From Salisapilia sapeloensis CBS 127946 (taxonomy: Eukaryota > Protista > Oomycota), in contig JAADVB010000073.1 in the NCBI GenBank assembly GCA_023334545.1, forward strand, positions 8,327 to 72,326: 64,000 nt of DNA, written 5' to 3'. Position 1 is the first letter of the stretch. Every line of letters starts with the position of its first letter. The notes beneath the pieces are model-generated. The model saw only the letters and a list, made by a program, of their open reading frames with translations, searched no databases and was not told the origin of the DNA. A program made the translations under genes and the position numbers. Of this stretch, positions 44,528 to 56,309 are shown one piece after another.

Positions 44528-46603
44528 ATGATGCTACTCCGCCGAACGCTCCGTCATCGCCATTCTAGGCGACTATGTCGTGCATTTTCGATGGCCACTC
44601 CTCCAATTGATGAAAATCAGCCTGCGAAGCCGCTTACACCAGCGCAATTGGGACCATACATAGCAGATGCCTTACCTCGATTCGACCCTGTGCTCATCCG
44701 AAACTTTTCTGTCATCGCCCATATTGACCATGGCAAATCTACGCTGTCTGATCGACTGCTCGAAGTAAGCGGTAACATTACGAAAGAGCAACGAGAAAGT
44801 GCTCAGCATTTGGACACGCTCCAAGTGGAGCGTGAGCGTGGAATCACTGTCAAGGCACAGACTGCATCCATGGTGTATTTTGACCGCGAAAAGAAAGTCA
44901 CGTATTTGCTGAATTTGGTGGATACTCCAGGCCACGTTGACTTTAGCTATGAAGTCGATCGTTCCTTAGCAGCTTGTGAAGGCGTTCTTTTGCTTGTGGA
45001 CTGTTCCCAAGGCGTCCAGGCACAAACGCTTGCCAATTACTACGCTGCCAAACATCGTAATTTGAGAATCATTCCTGTCCTGACGAAAATCGATGCGCCA
45101 AATGCACAGCTAGACGACAGTATCTTGAGCTTATCCAGTCTCTTGGATGTTGATCCGGATGACGTTCTCTTGACTTCTGCGAAAACAGGCGATGGCATCG
45201 ATGAGGTACTTCCGGCGATTGTTGACCGTCTACCTCCTCCAGACGTTACATGGGATGCTCCCCTGCGATGTCTCCTCGTTGACTCGTTTTACGATGATTA
45301 TCGTGGCACGATATGCCTCGTGAAGGTCGTGGAAGGCGAGCTGCGAACGGGTGACAAGATCTGCAGTGCGCACCAAAACCAAAAGTATGACGTCCAAGAG
45401 ACTGGTGTCTTACTACCTCACCGACAAAAGACCAAAGCTTTGTACGCCGGTCAAGTCGGGTACATTGTCGCTGGCATGAAGTCAACGAGTGAAGCCAAGG
45501 TGGGAGATACTTTCTACAAGGAAAATGTACCTGTGGAGCCACTACCTGGCTTCCAAGAAGCAAAGAGCATGGTCTTTGCATCTCTCTTTCCCACAGAAGA
45601 CTCGACGTTTGACGACCTTCGGATTGCAGTCGAAAAGCTTCGACTGAACGACGCGAGTGTGACAGCGCATCAGGAGAGTAGTGGCGCACTAGGTATGGGC
45701 TTTCGATGTGGCTTCCTCGGGATGCTTCACATGGAAGTGTTTCGACAGCGACTGTCGGATGAACAGGGTATCCAGGTGTTGGTGACGGCGCCCATGGTTC
45801 CGTATCATGTCATCACGCCGGAAGGAGAAGAGTATGTAGCAGAGACGCCTGAAAGCTTCCCAGACCAGACCAAATACTACAAAATTTTGGAACCGATGGT
45901 CGAGGCGTCAATGATCACACCGGCAGATTACCTTGGTCCGGTGCTGGCGTTGTGTCAGGAGAAGAGAGGTGTGCAGGATAATCTAGTCTACCTTGAAGAC
46001 GGTCGAGTCGTCTTAACGATCCGAGTGCCGATGCAGGAGGTTGTGACCAACTTTTACAACGAACTCAAGACCGTGTCTTCTGGATATGGTACATGATGAA
46101 CATGCGTACATGTGTAGAGTTAGAAACTGATGACAGTATGTACGTAGCGACACTGAACTATATCCAGGTGGACCCGCAAGTGTCAGATATTGTCAAAGTG
46201 GATGTCCTTATCAACGGCAAAGTGCTTGATGCACTCTCGTTCGTCTGCCATCGTAGCAAGGTACAGAAAACAATGTCTTCTCCTATCATTCTTAATTTAC
46301 AACAAAATGGCGTAGGCTACGACGGATGGAAGAGCGCTGTGTTTAAAGCTGAAGGAGGTGATTGATCGTCAGCAGTATGAGATCTCGATCCAGGCATCGC
46401 TGGCTGGAAAAGTGTTTGCGAAAGAGCGCATTGCACCATACCGTAAGGACGTGTTGGTAAAGTCGGGCAAGACGGTAGGAGGCGGAGATAGCACGAGAAA
46501 GAAAAAGCTGCTAGCGAAGCAGAAAGCGGGAAAGCGCCGGATGAAGACGGTGGGCAACGTTGAGCTGACCCAAGAAGCCTTCTGGTCCGTGTTATCCAAG
46601 TAG
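44528..46603 (+). CDS. GUF1: Mitochondrial translation factor GUF1 (LepA/EF-4)
   Basis: IRNFSVIAHIDHGKSTLSDRLL; ERERGITVKAQ; DTPGHVDF; GFRCGFLGMLHMEVF; GGGDSTRKKKLLAKQKAGKRRMKTVG. Arg-rich presequence and two 3' introns. Confidence 0.96.
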
Positions 46604-46802
46604 ATGTACCAAGCGAATAAATCGACAGATTCAATAGTGAGGAGGATCGTACATCGTGCCGTTACCTTGCTTCCTTTCAACTTGCGTACGATGACGTAGT
46701 CACATGGTACGGACAAAAAGCGAAAGAACTGTCGTGTTGCAATGTAGGCAAGAGACTTGGATACAGTAAGCGTGTTTATTGTATCAGTGCTCTTTCTACA
46801 GA

Positions 46803-47851
46803 TTAGCTTTGCGAATCCTTTTTCATGAACTCTAAAGCTTCCGACACGTCTTGGACCACCTTGTACGCTGGATGATCGTCATCATTCTCCGGTCCAGGAT
46901 GCATACCAGTAAGTGTCAAGATGGAACGCCAGCGACCGCCCATGCGGTTGGCACCTTGCACATCCGTGAGAGGATTGTCGCCGATCATGTACAGCTTTTC
47001 AATGTCAGGGCTCTGACCGACCAAGAGGTTTTCAATGTACTGGAATGACGTCTCTTCCGGCTTGCCGAATTTGGTTTGATCGAGCTCGTGGCCGGTCGTG
47101 CGCTTGTACAAGTCCTCTACTGCCGTTCGGAAGGCTCCAGCACCGAAGCGAGGCAGGTGGAACTCCCCGACGTAGTGAAAGTCGGCGCAAGCAGAGTACA
47201 GTGGAATCTATTGGCACTGTCAGTACATACCTTAGCAGATACAGAACTATGGTTATATACCTGTTGCTTGTCACTGACAGTTCCAAAGGCACCGTTCTCT
47301 GCAGTGATCGTATCAATGACGATCTGCAGATCACGGCCCCAGTAGAGTGGGTCTATGAGCACGAAGACAGCTCCAAAGCGTTGGTCCTTTAGGCGGTCAT
47401 TATGCGGCTTGGGACCGTTGGGTGGCGGAAGGTCGGGGTAGAGAGTCGGGAAGTACTCGTGCATTTCTTCGGAGGTAACGACGTTGCGGAAACCGTAGTC
47501 AGCCATGATTTGATGCACATGGTTCGAGTCTTTACCGACTGCAAGCACCAATTCATCACGATGCTTTTCAGCTAGAGCTTGCATCGGCGTGTGGCTCATG
47601 CATACATTGCTCGACGGTATTTTAACATCCAAGAGAGACGACAATTGCTCTGCTTTGATTTCTTCCGGGTAGCCTCCTCCGTTCGTCATGACGGCGAACG
47701 GAATACGGTCATCTCGGAGCTGTTGCAGGACTTTGGAAGCACCTGGAATCGGCGTCTTGCCACGCAGCAGAACGCCATCAACGTCAAAGACGACGCCAAA
47801 GTTTGCCCGGCGGGCAGCTGTGCTCATTGCTCGCATCGCTGTCTTCATCAT
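46803..47851 (-). CDS. HDHD5: HAD-superfamily IIA hydrolase (CECR5/HDHD5-like), probable mitochondrial
   Basis: FDVDGVL; MTNGGG; FGKP; YMIGDNPLTDVQGAN; SILTLTG. One intron. Confidence 0.88.
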
Positions 47852-48100
47852 GCAGCAAATCGAAGTATAACAACATTAGATGCGCAGTTTGTTAGAAAAA
47901 TAGTATACACGGGGGGTACTTAGCACTTTTGTACTCAGAAACTACGCAAGATAGCTGAAGCTCTAGTAAGAGTGACCTCGTCTCATTATAATAATTCGAC
48001 TTTTAGCTGAATGCGCAAACGGATACGTTTCGATCATGGCTTGAACCACCGACATACCTTCATTATCGAATTCCTCCTCTATCCCTCAAGTACATTCACG

Positions 48101-50176
48101 ATGAGCACTCGGGAGACCAAGGGCCGCCGACCGCTTACGCTGCCAGAGAAAATCCTTACCAATTGGGCAGTCGGACTGACCGAGCCAGAGGTCACGCCTG
48201 GCCAAATGCTGTGTGTTAAAGTGCAGTGGACATTGGCCTGTGAGATCACGTGGAAGTCCATGGACAAAACGTATCAGGACATGGGCCGTCCGCGTATTTG
48301 GCGAAACGACCGCTTCTGGCTCGCAGTCGACCACACGGTCGATCCTCGTGTGAATGACAAGCCTCGTCAGAAAATGATGATCGAAGCCAGTGAGAACTTT
48401 GCCAAGGAGGCGGAGCTGACCAACTACCAACCGCCAAACACCACTATCCTACACACCGAGTTCTACCGTCAACGTGCGCAGCCTGGCCAGATCGTTGTTG
48501 GAGCTGACAGCCACAGCTGCAGCACGGGAGGCCTGGGTGCCTTCGCTATCGGTCTCGGCGCTGCTGACGTAGTCATGCCCCTCGTGACAGGCGAAACTTG
48601 GATCAAGGTACCGGAAACGGTCAAGATCGAGTTCGTGGGCGAGCTGCCTCCTGGCATGGGTGGCAAGGATGTCATGCTGTACACGCTTGGCGAACTGAAA
48701 TGCAACACGGTCGCCATCGGCCGTTGCGTCGAGTGGAGTGGCAACATTGCACAGCTCTCGTGCGATGCTCGTTTCGCCATTGCCAACATGACGGCCGAGT
48801 TTGGTGGTATCGCTGGTGTCTTCCCTGCCGACGAACGCACGGCGGCGTACGTTGCCAAGCGTCCGGACCACAACAACGACTCGCTCTTCTTCCGTGCCGA
48901 CGATGATGCCGAGTACGCTGAAGTGTACCAGATCGACCTATCCAACCTCGAGCCGCAAGTGGCGCTGTACCCGTCGCCGGACAACGTCCAGCCGGTCTCC
49001 CAATTGTCCGGCATGAAGCTCGACGGTTGCTTCATCGGTGCCTGCACCACTGCCGAAGAGGACCTGGTGCTCGGAGCACTCGTCCTCGAAGCCTGCATGA
49101 AGCAGGGCATGAAGCCAGTGGACCATGGCAAGCGCCGTGTTACGCCTGGCAGTCAGCGTATCATTGACAACTTGCGTCAGCACGGACTGATTGAGGTGTA
49201 CGAGAAGGCTGGCTTCGTAATTGGTGCTCCTGGCTGCAGCTACTGCCTCGGTATCGCTGCCGATGTTGCTGGCGAGAACGAGGTCTGGCTCAGTTCCCAA
49301 AACCGAAACTACCGCAACCGAATGGGCAAAGGATCGATCGCGAACCTTGCGTCGGCCATCACGGTCGCAGCGTCTAGCTTCAGTATGGAAGTCACGGACC
49401 CTCGACCGTTCCTGCCGCACATTGACATTGAAAAGTTCAACGCAGCGGTGCCCAAACCTCCTTCGGCGGACTTTGAGATCGCGGACATCCATCCAGAGCT
49501 AGTGGGCGACAAGGGAGATGAGACCGATGGATCGGAGGACTCGACGTCTCTGTCCACTTTCTCCGGTCAGATCAACGGCCGAGTGCAAACGTTTGGTGAT
49601 AATATCGATACAGACGCCATCCTTCCTGGCGAGTACTTGACGGAGAATGACATGGAGAAACTCGGTCAAGTCGCTTTCCTACACACGAACCCAGACTTCC
49701 GTGACAAGGTGAAGCAGGGTCAGTCTGTCGTTGTCGCTGGGCACGGATTCGGGTGTGGATCGTCGAGAGAGCAGGCTGTCACGGCGCTGAAAGGAGCTGG
49801 TGTCCAGGCTTTGATCGCCCGTTCGTTCGGCTACATCTTCTCCCGGAACTACCAGAACTTTAGTCTGGTTGGCATCCAACTGGATAACGACCGCTTCTAT
49901 GAGTTGGCGACGGAGAACGCAGAGATCACGGTGAACATGGAAGGCCGGACGATTGAAGTGGGCGGTGAGACCTTCCGCTTCAACATGTCTCTGTTCGAAG
50001 AGAGGCTGCTCGCTGGTGGTGGCATCATGCCGCTGTACAAACAGTTTGGTAACCGACTTTTCCGAGTAGCGGTCAAGGACCCGTCGTCTTCCAAGGGTAG
50101 TTGTGGAAGCAATGATGGTTGTGGTCCGAAGGCACCGACAGCAGCAGCTGCTGGATCAGGTGATTTGTCGTGGTAG
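48101..50176 (+). CDS. Aconitase/isopropylmalate-isomerase family hydro-lyase, large + small (swivel) subunits fused
   Basis: LPEKIL; DHTV; GADSHSCSTGG; [4Fe-4S] cysteines in IGACTT and PGCSYCLG; SSQNRNYRNRMG; swivel domain FGDNIDTDAILP and GFGCGSSREQA. Intronless. Confidence 0.9.
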   Translation: MSTRETKGRRPLTLPEKILTNWAVGLTEPEVTPGQMLCVKVQWTLACEITWKSMDKTYQDMGRPRIWRNDRFWLAVDHTVDPRVNDKPRQKMMIEASENFAKEAELTNYQPPNTTILHTEFYRQRAQPGQIVVGADSHSCSTGGLGAFAIGLGAADVVMPLVTGETWIKVPETVKIEFVGELPPGMGGKDVMLYTLGELKCNTVAIGRCVEWSGNIAQLSCDARFAIANMTAEFGGIAGVFPADERTAAYVAKRPDHNNDSLFFRADDDAEYAEVYQIDLSNLEPQVALYPSPDNVQPVSQLSGMKLDGCFIGACTTAEEDLVLGALVLEACMKQGMKPVDHGKRRVTPGSQRIIDNLRQHGLIEVYEKAGFVIGAPGCSYCLGIAADVAGENEVWLSSQNRNYRNRMGKGSIANLASAITVAASSFSMEVTDPRPFLPHIDIEKFNAAVPKPPSADFEIADIHPELVGDKGDETDGSEDSTSLSTFSGQINGRVQTFGDNIDTDAILPGEYLTENDMEKLGQVAFLHTNPDFRDKVKQGQSVVVAGHGFGCGSSREQAVTALKGAGVQALIARSFGYIFSRNYQNFSLVGIQLDNDRFYELATENAEITVNMEGRTIEVGGETFRFNMSLFEERLLAGGGIMPLYKQFGNRLFRVAVKDPSSSKGSCGSNDGCGPKAPTAAAAGSGDLSW

Positions 50177-50275
50177 ATACTTTTGCTGTAGTCGATTTCC
50201 AAAAATATACTTGCATGAGGACGTAAGGACTATCTCCGATTTGGTTCTTTCTAGTAGTTTAGAATTTTAATCACG

Positions 50276-51477
50276 ATGTCTTCAAATGAGGTGAAGATGC
50301 CGCCAGAGTGGATGCATGAGGTACGTTTGATGCATAGCTTTTCGTCTTCCAGAATACCAAGATGTACCTTGACTAGCCACTGCATGTGACTCGATCGGAA
50401 CTGTTGGAAGAGAGAAATAAGATGAGGCTCAAGCTTGCGCTTGATGCTCAGCACGAGTCCGAGTACTCGAAGCGGAACTTTCGAAGGTCGGAGCATATTT
50501 TCCGGGATTCTTATCGCAAGAGCGGTGTCTTCGACCGGACACGCGTAGTGGACGATTCAACGTACCAGTCTTCAGGGTTGCCTACGCGATCGGAGTTGTT
50601 TGAAAAGAGGAAGAGAGACAAGAACAGAGAGAGCCTCAAGTTTGAACCGCCAGAGATCATGCGTCTTCGTGACCTTCCCAAGATGGATCGACTGGCAAAC
50701 TGGTGGAAATCGCAGGAAGAATACGTCGAAGATCCATCCTGCATGCTGAAAACATCGATTCGACTACAGCTAGCTGCACGAAACGACACTATCGGACCAT
50801 TGGATCCAGGCAAGATTCGTTCCACACTATCGGTAAGCTCTTATGGACATTTGGATGAAATACACGAATTTACTGGTAGAATGTAGGCGGAGCAACAGCG
50901 TCAGTGGGAAGAGAAGCGAGTGCAATTGGCTTTGAAGCCTACCCAGATGGAGCCAAACCTAGATGGACACGAGCTCATCGCACTTAACAGATCTCCTGAC
51001 CTATTTCCTCAGCCACGAAAGGTATACTTGTATAGTAATAGGACAAGTAGATGTGCAATTGACATTTTGCATGTACTATTCAGGCCAAGGCAGGTGAAAG
51101 CGGTATGCGGTTTTCCAGTTTACCGCCAACTTCGACGTTTATGTGCCTCGTGTCGCCGATTAAGGTATCAAGCAGCAAGGTACCCATTCTTGTTTCTTTT
51201 TTACGGTTCCATTGCTCATACACAGTGAATGCAGAGAAAAGAGCGTCAGACGTTGGCTGTCCAGAACATCTTCCATGACGGCGTGACGGACCGTGAAAAG
51301 CTTGAGCAGTTGAAAAAAGTGTCGCCTACGATGCTATCACCTGTATCTCCGATTGTCACGAAAGACTCTGCGAGGTCGAACGCCACATCTTTCAGACTGC
51401 CAAGTGCTCGAAGTGGCATTCGCTGCAGTGGATTTACAAAACCTCACGTACGTCGTCAAGTACAAATTGAAAAGTGA
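50276..51477 (+). CDS. Uncharacterised multi-exon protein, basic/charged
   Basis: MSSNEVKMPPEWMHE splices (50321-50376) in frame to PLHVTRSELLEERNK... Further short ORF segments are flanked by GT/AG sites. The 3' structure is uncertain. Confidence 0.55.
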
Positions 51478-51516
51478 TGAGTGTTATGGATGTTGTAGTC
51501 AAAAGGATAGATGGCT

Positions 51517-52173
51517 TTATTCGTCGTTTGCATGGTCGTTCTGCCATTGCTGTATCCACTGAATAATGCGTTCGGCATTTGCTTCCATGTCTTCCACGGA
51601 TACACTTTTCAGCTCATGCACAATCTCTTGAGCGTAGCTGTCTTGGGCTTCCTGTAGGACAATCTGCATGATTTCACACTCGACATTCTCACTGATTTTC
51701 TTCTCAGAGTACCCACGACGGGTGAGACGATCAAAGATAGTCGTATTATCCGTAGTGAGAACGATCACAAGGTCAAACCATCGCTCAGGGAAGAACTCGC
51801 ACGAGTGGAAGTCTACAATCTTCCCACCTGCTGTCATGGCATCTTCCAGCTCGTCCACTACCTTGTCTTCGTCCAGCATGAGCGTATCAAATTCATCATT
51901 ACGACCTTCATGCAGTCCCTTGTCTTTCACCTACATTGCAGGTTAAGCTTGAACAGGAATTAGGTCCATACATAAGCCTGACGTACAATTTCGCTGACAT
52001 TCAAATGCTGCAAGGAAGTGCGTTCCTACAAGACAAGTGTCGCACCAAAGTTGGAGTTAGTAGGCTCGTTCGAAAGCTACGTTCATTTGCAATTATCGTA
52101 CACCCAAGGTTTGGCATAAAGTCGTTTTGCCTGTCCCGGGCGTGCCCGTGACTAGGATGTTCGGTAGCTTCAT
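51517..52173 (-). CDS. AK6: Adenylate kinase 6 (Fap7/hCINAP)
   Basis: PNILVTGTPGTGKTT; LDEDKVVDELE; DFHSCEFFPERWFDLVIVL; RGYSEKKISENVECEI. Confidence 0.95.
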
Positions 52174-52551
52174 GTTTCGATGCTAGTTTCGAGTCCAGCA
52201 AATCGGTGCGTATGACGATTGACGGAAATCCGTTTTGACAACGGAGGATTGGTTTAAAATATGAATGGATACACTCTCGCCGCCTGATAATACCATGACA
52301 ACCCTCACTTATTGGTTCTCCCCTAAGCAGCAACGATGGACGGAAGCCGTAGCGCCCAGATTCCGGCTCGTCCGCGTGACCAACTGCCTTCGTACAGTCC
52401 GATTGCACCTCGAATGCGCAGAACGAGAAGCTTGAACAGCGAGACCTCAGATGTGGCGCCTGCTTGGCCAGCCACCTTTGAGCAGGGCGTCGACTTACGG
52501 TAATTTCTTTTTTATTAGAAGGCTCGTTCTCTTTAATTATAGAGACACAAG

Positions 52552-54048
52552 ATGCCGTCTTCTCATGTCATGTCGCCCATGCTCATCGTCGATGTGTTTC
52601 CTGATAGCATGGCCTCTCCAGCGGCGATGCAGAGACGATCGGTCACGTCGCCGTTCTCCGAGAAGTCTCCGTTGATGCATCCGCAGACTCCATTACAAGC
52701 TGCTCCAGAGACCATTGAAGAAGGAGATGGAGCGGCCGTCGGACAAAGTTCTTTCAGAGCGGCAGTCTTTAACTCGATTAACGTACTACTGGGTGTCGGC
52801 GTCCTGTCCAGTCCGTTTTCATTGCGTTCCGGAGGGTTAATCGTCGGCTCTGCTCTCTTCGTCTTCTTCACCTTCATCACGAAGCACACGGCTCTGCTCC
52901 TAGGTCGATGTCTCGAGTACCAGGAAGGCATGCAGGTATTTTTATATTGTCTTTTATAGCGCTTATAGGGTGATTCATCGGTGGATGTAGACGTATCCGG
53001 ACATTGGAGAGGCTGCATACGGCACCAGAGGTCGTGTGATCATCAGCATCACGTTCTTCATCGAGCTATTCACCGTCGTCGCTTGCTTCTACGTCCTGAG
53101 TACGCTATCCATATATCTAATGACCAATCATAATCTAACGTCCATATAGTTGGCGACACATTGGCTGCATTAATTCCATACTACTCTGCTAGAGAATTGG
53201 CATTCATGGCATTCCTCGTGACCATGCCGACGCTATGGACGACACACTTGAACCTCCTGTCCTACTTTAGCATCATCGGCATCATCTCTTCCTTCTTCTG
53301 TCTCTACACTGTCTTTTACGTCGGCTTTGCGATCGATACGGAAGCTGTCGACTACACGGAAGGCAGCCTCCTCGACCCTCAGCCAATGCAACTCATCGCC
53401 GAGCCGGAGCGGATCCCTTTGTCCATCGGCCTCACTATGGTTGCGTTCGGCGGACACTCTGTCTTCCCTAGCATCTGTAGCTCCATGCAGGACCGCAGTC
53501 TGTACCCCAAGGCCGTGTCTCGAGCCTACATTGTCGTCATTGCCGTCTACGGTGCGATCGAGCTCGGTGGCTACCTCATGTTTGGCGTCGACACGCAGAA
53601 GGAGATCACACTTAACCTCGTAGAGGTGTACCCTGGGAAACTAACCGAGCTCTTCGTCTGGACCATCGCTTTGAATCCAATGAGCAAAGTGGCTCTGACC
53701 ATCCACCCAGTCGCACTCGCCGTCGAAGAGTTGGTGCTGCCGGCGAAAGACATTCTTGACTTTTCCAGCAGACGCGTTTCATTCTACCGCGCCTTGATCC
53801 GTACGGCAATCGCCGGAGGAGCTCTCATGTGTGCCTTGTACATCCCAAACTTTGCCCGTTTGACGTCCTTCCTCGGCTCGCTATTCGCCATGATGGTCAG
53901 CGTTTTCTTCCCATGTGTCTTCTACATCAAGCTCTTCCGACCAGAACTGTCAAAGTTCCAAGTGTGTGCCAACTACACGCTCGCAGCTATAGCACTTGTG
54001 TTTGCGACCATCGGAACCTTATCCTCCTTCATCTCTCCTGCAGAATGA
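52552..54048 (+). CDS. Amino acid transporter, AAAP/AVT1-like
   Basis: AVFNSINVLLGVGVLSSPFSL; SYPDIG; FGGHSVFPSI; IPNFARLTSFLGS; many TM helices. Two short introns. Confidence 0.92.
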
Positions 54049-54094
54049 GCATATAGATCCAACGTTTGCTTTAAAATGAACACGAATCTCTTTT

Positions 54095-56221
54095 CTACTT
54101 GTTGGCTTCGTCCAGAAGGAACTCGGTCCAGACGTCTGCAAAGCTCTTGCCGTCAATACTCACTTGCTTCGTCTCCTCTTCACTTGAGGACAAGCCGAGA
54201 AGCGATGAAAAGAGACCGCCGCCTCCGTTTCCTGGAGGAGCGTACCCTCCCATCCCCACCCTTCGCTTCTGGTCTTCTGAAAAGTCCATCATTCGAGCGA
54301 TGAGGTCCAAGATCTCCTCCTTCTTCTCACTTTCAAAGTACGACACGACGAGCTGGGCGGCCAGTCGCTTGTCCAGTGCATCCGACTCGGACGCGTAGCG
54401 ACTTACGGTGTCTTCTAACGCTGTCCGCAGCTGATCGCACTCTTTCACCTTGTCAGTAAGCTGTCGAGTCAGATTCGTCACGTCACTCTTGTCCTCGACC
54501 TTGGTCTCTTCCTCCTTTCTCGCGACTTCATCCTCCAGCTCCATGACTCTGGCACTCTGCTGCTTTTGCTCTTGTCGAAGCTCATACAGGACACTTTCGA
54601 GCGTCTGCACTTCAGTCCGGAACCGACCAGCATCTTCCTCTGCGACACGCTGGTCGGCTCGAGCACTAGAAAGGGATGACTCAAGCTCATAAATACGCTG
54701 TCGATCTGCGGACTCTGCATGCTCCTCGGCACTACTCCTTAGCTCTGCCATCTCTCCTTCATGTCGTACCTTCAAGTCTTCCATCTCGGATAAGAGCGAG
54801 ATGTATGCTTGTTCGTACTCACCTGCTCTCGTACGTATCTCTGTATCATTCGAATACTCTTCTTCCAAAGATTCCTTCTGACTCGTGACTCGAGCTAATT
54901 CCTCTTCTAACTGCGTGGTTTTGGATTGGAAGTCTTCGTTTTCTGTTTCCATAGTCTGTAGCTGATTCGTACAATCATCAAGCTCCTGTGATAGATGCTC
55001 GACACTGCGTTGTAATTGTGCGTTGGTGGCTTGTAGATGCTGGATCTCATCTGCTTTCTCCTGTAGAACTTGCTGCCACTCGACTTCTTTCGACGCAGTC
55101 TCCTGTTGGATGGACTGACTCGTACGTTGATGTGTTGCCTGTGAACTCTTGGCCTGTGCCTGCAGTCGTAGGATGGTTCTCAACTGACTCTCTTCCGTTT
55201 CCTCTAGACGCTGGATCTTGTCTTGAGCTTCCGAAAGCTCTACTGATACGTCTTTTGTTCGAGACATAGTACTGCTTATTTCTGCTAGTTCCAGGTCTAA
55301 CGTATCACTCGACACTTCCTCGGGAGAAGTAAACGGAAGGTCGCTGTGCTCCTGTAAGAAAGTGAGGACGGATGATTGGAGCTGATGAAGCTCCTTCTGC
55401 TTCCTCTGAAGGTCCAGCGTACACTGTCGTGATGCTTCCAGCATCTTTACAATACCATTTGAGCTTCATGTCTAAAGGGTACGGCATAAGGATGACATAC
55501 CTGGTTTGCAAGTTCCTGCGCCGTGTCTGGTATGGCGAAGTCAGAGGAGCGAGACTTTGAGAGCATTCGCAAAGCTTCGGCTAGTGTCGGGAAGCAGGAC
55601 GATGATGTACGTTCACTCGGAAGTTCATTTGGAGATCCTTGCTGATAGTGCTCAAGCTGAGACTCTGCAGCATGGCAACGCCATTCGAGATCTGCATTAA
55701 GCTTTTCTAACTCGGACACTCTGTTTGCTAGTTCACGTGACTCTGATGGCCAATCGACTGATGGAGGCGCATCGCCAACGTTTATTCTAGCACGCATATC
55801 AGATAACTCTTGCTCCTAACACAAATATACGCCCTTTAGACTACAATGCATAAAGAGCCAACGAAAGAAGCATACTTTTTGTTCTAATCGCTCTTCGCAC
55901 TGTGCGTGTTGTGTCTTGTATTCCTCTTCCTTGACTTCCAATGCACGTACCTATACACCAACATACAACAATAGATAAGAAATTTTCTCCAATACTCTAG
56001 TAGGGACAACGCACTTGTCGTTCTAACGCATCATTCTGTTTCTTGCGTTGTAAAAGTGCTCGCTCTAGCTCCCCAATATACTGTTCCTGTTCATCCTCCT
56101 GTAATTTCTGCAGTTGCTCCTGCTCCTCTTGTTCATTCAAGGTCCCAACGCTTCCATTCTCATCGTCCGGAGCGACGATTTCCGCGAGAGAATCCGCATA
56201 TTCACTCAAGCGTGACCACAT
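54095..56221 (-). CDS. Coiled-coil golgin with GRAB domain (GMAP210/Rud3-like)
   Basis: Long heptad coiled coil; LDKRLAAQLVVSYF...EILDLIARMMDFSEDQKRRVG (GRAB); terminal SFADVWTEFLLDEA; amphipathic N-terminus MWSRLSEYADSLAEIV. Confidence 0.8.
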
Positions 56222-56309
56222 GTCGGAGCGCGTATCTTAGTCGTGTCGATGTCGCTATCATTTCGGATCAATTGAATGCACTACATCGAACATATCGAGA
56301 CAGTAGAAA

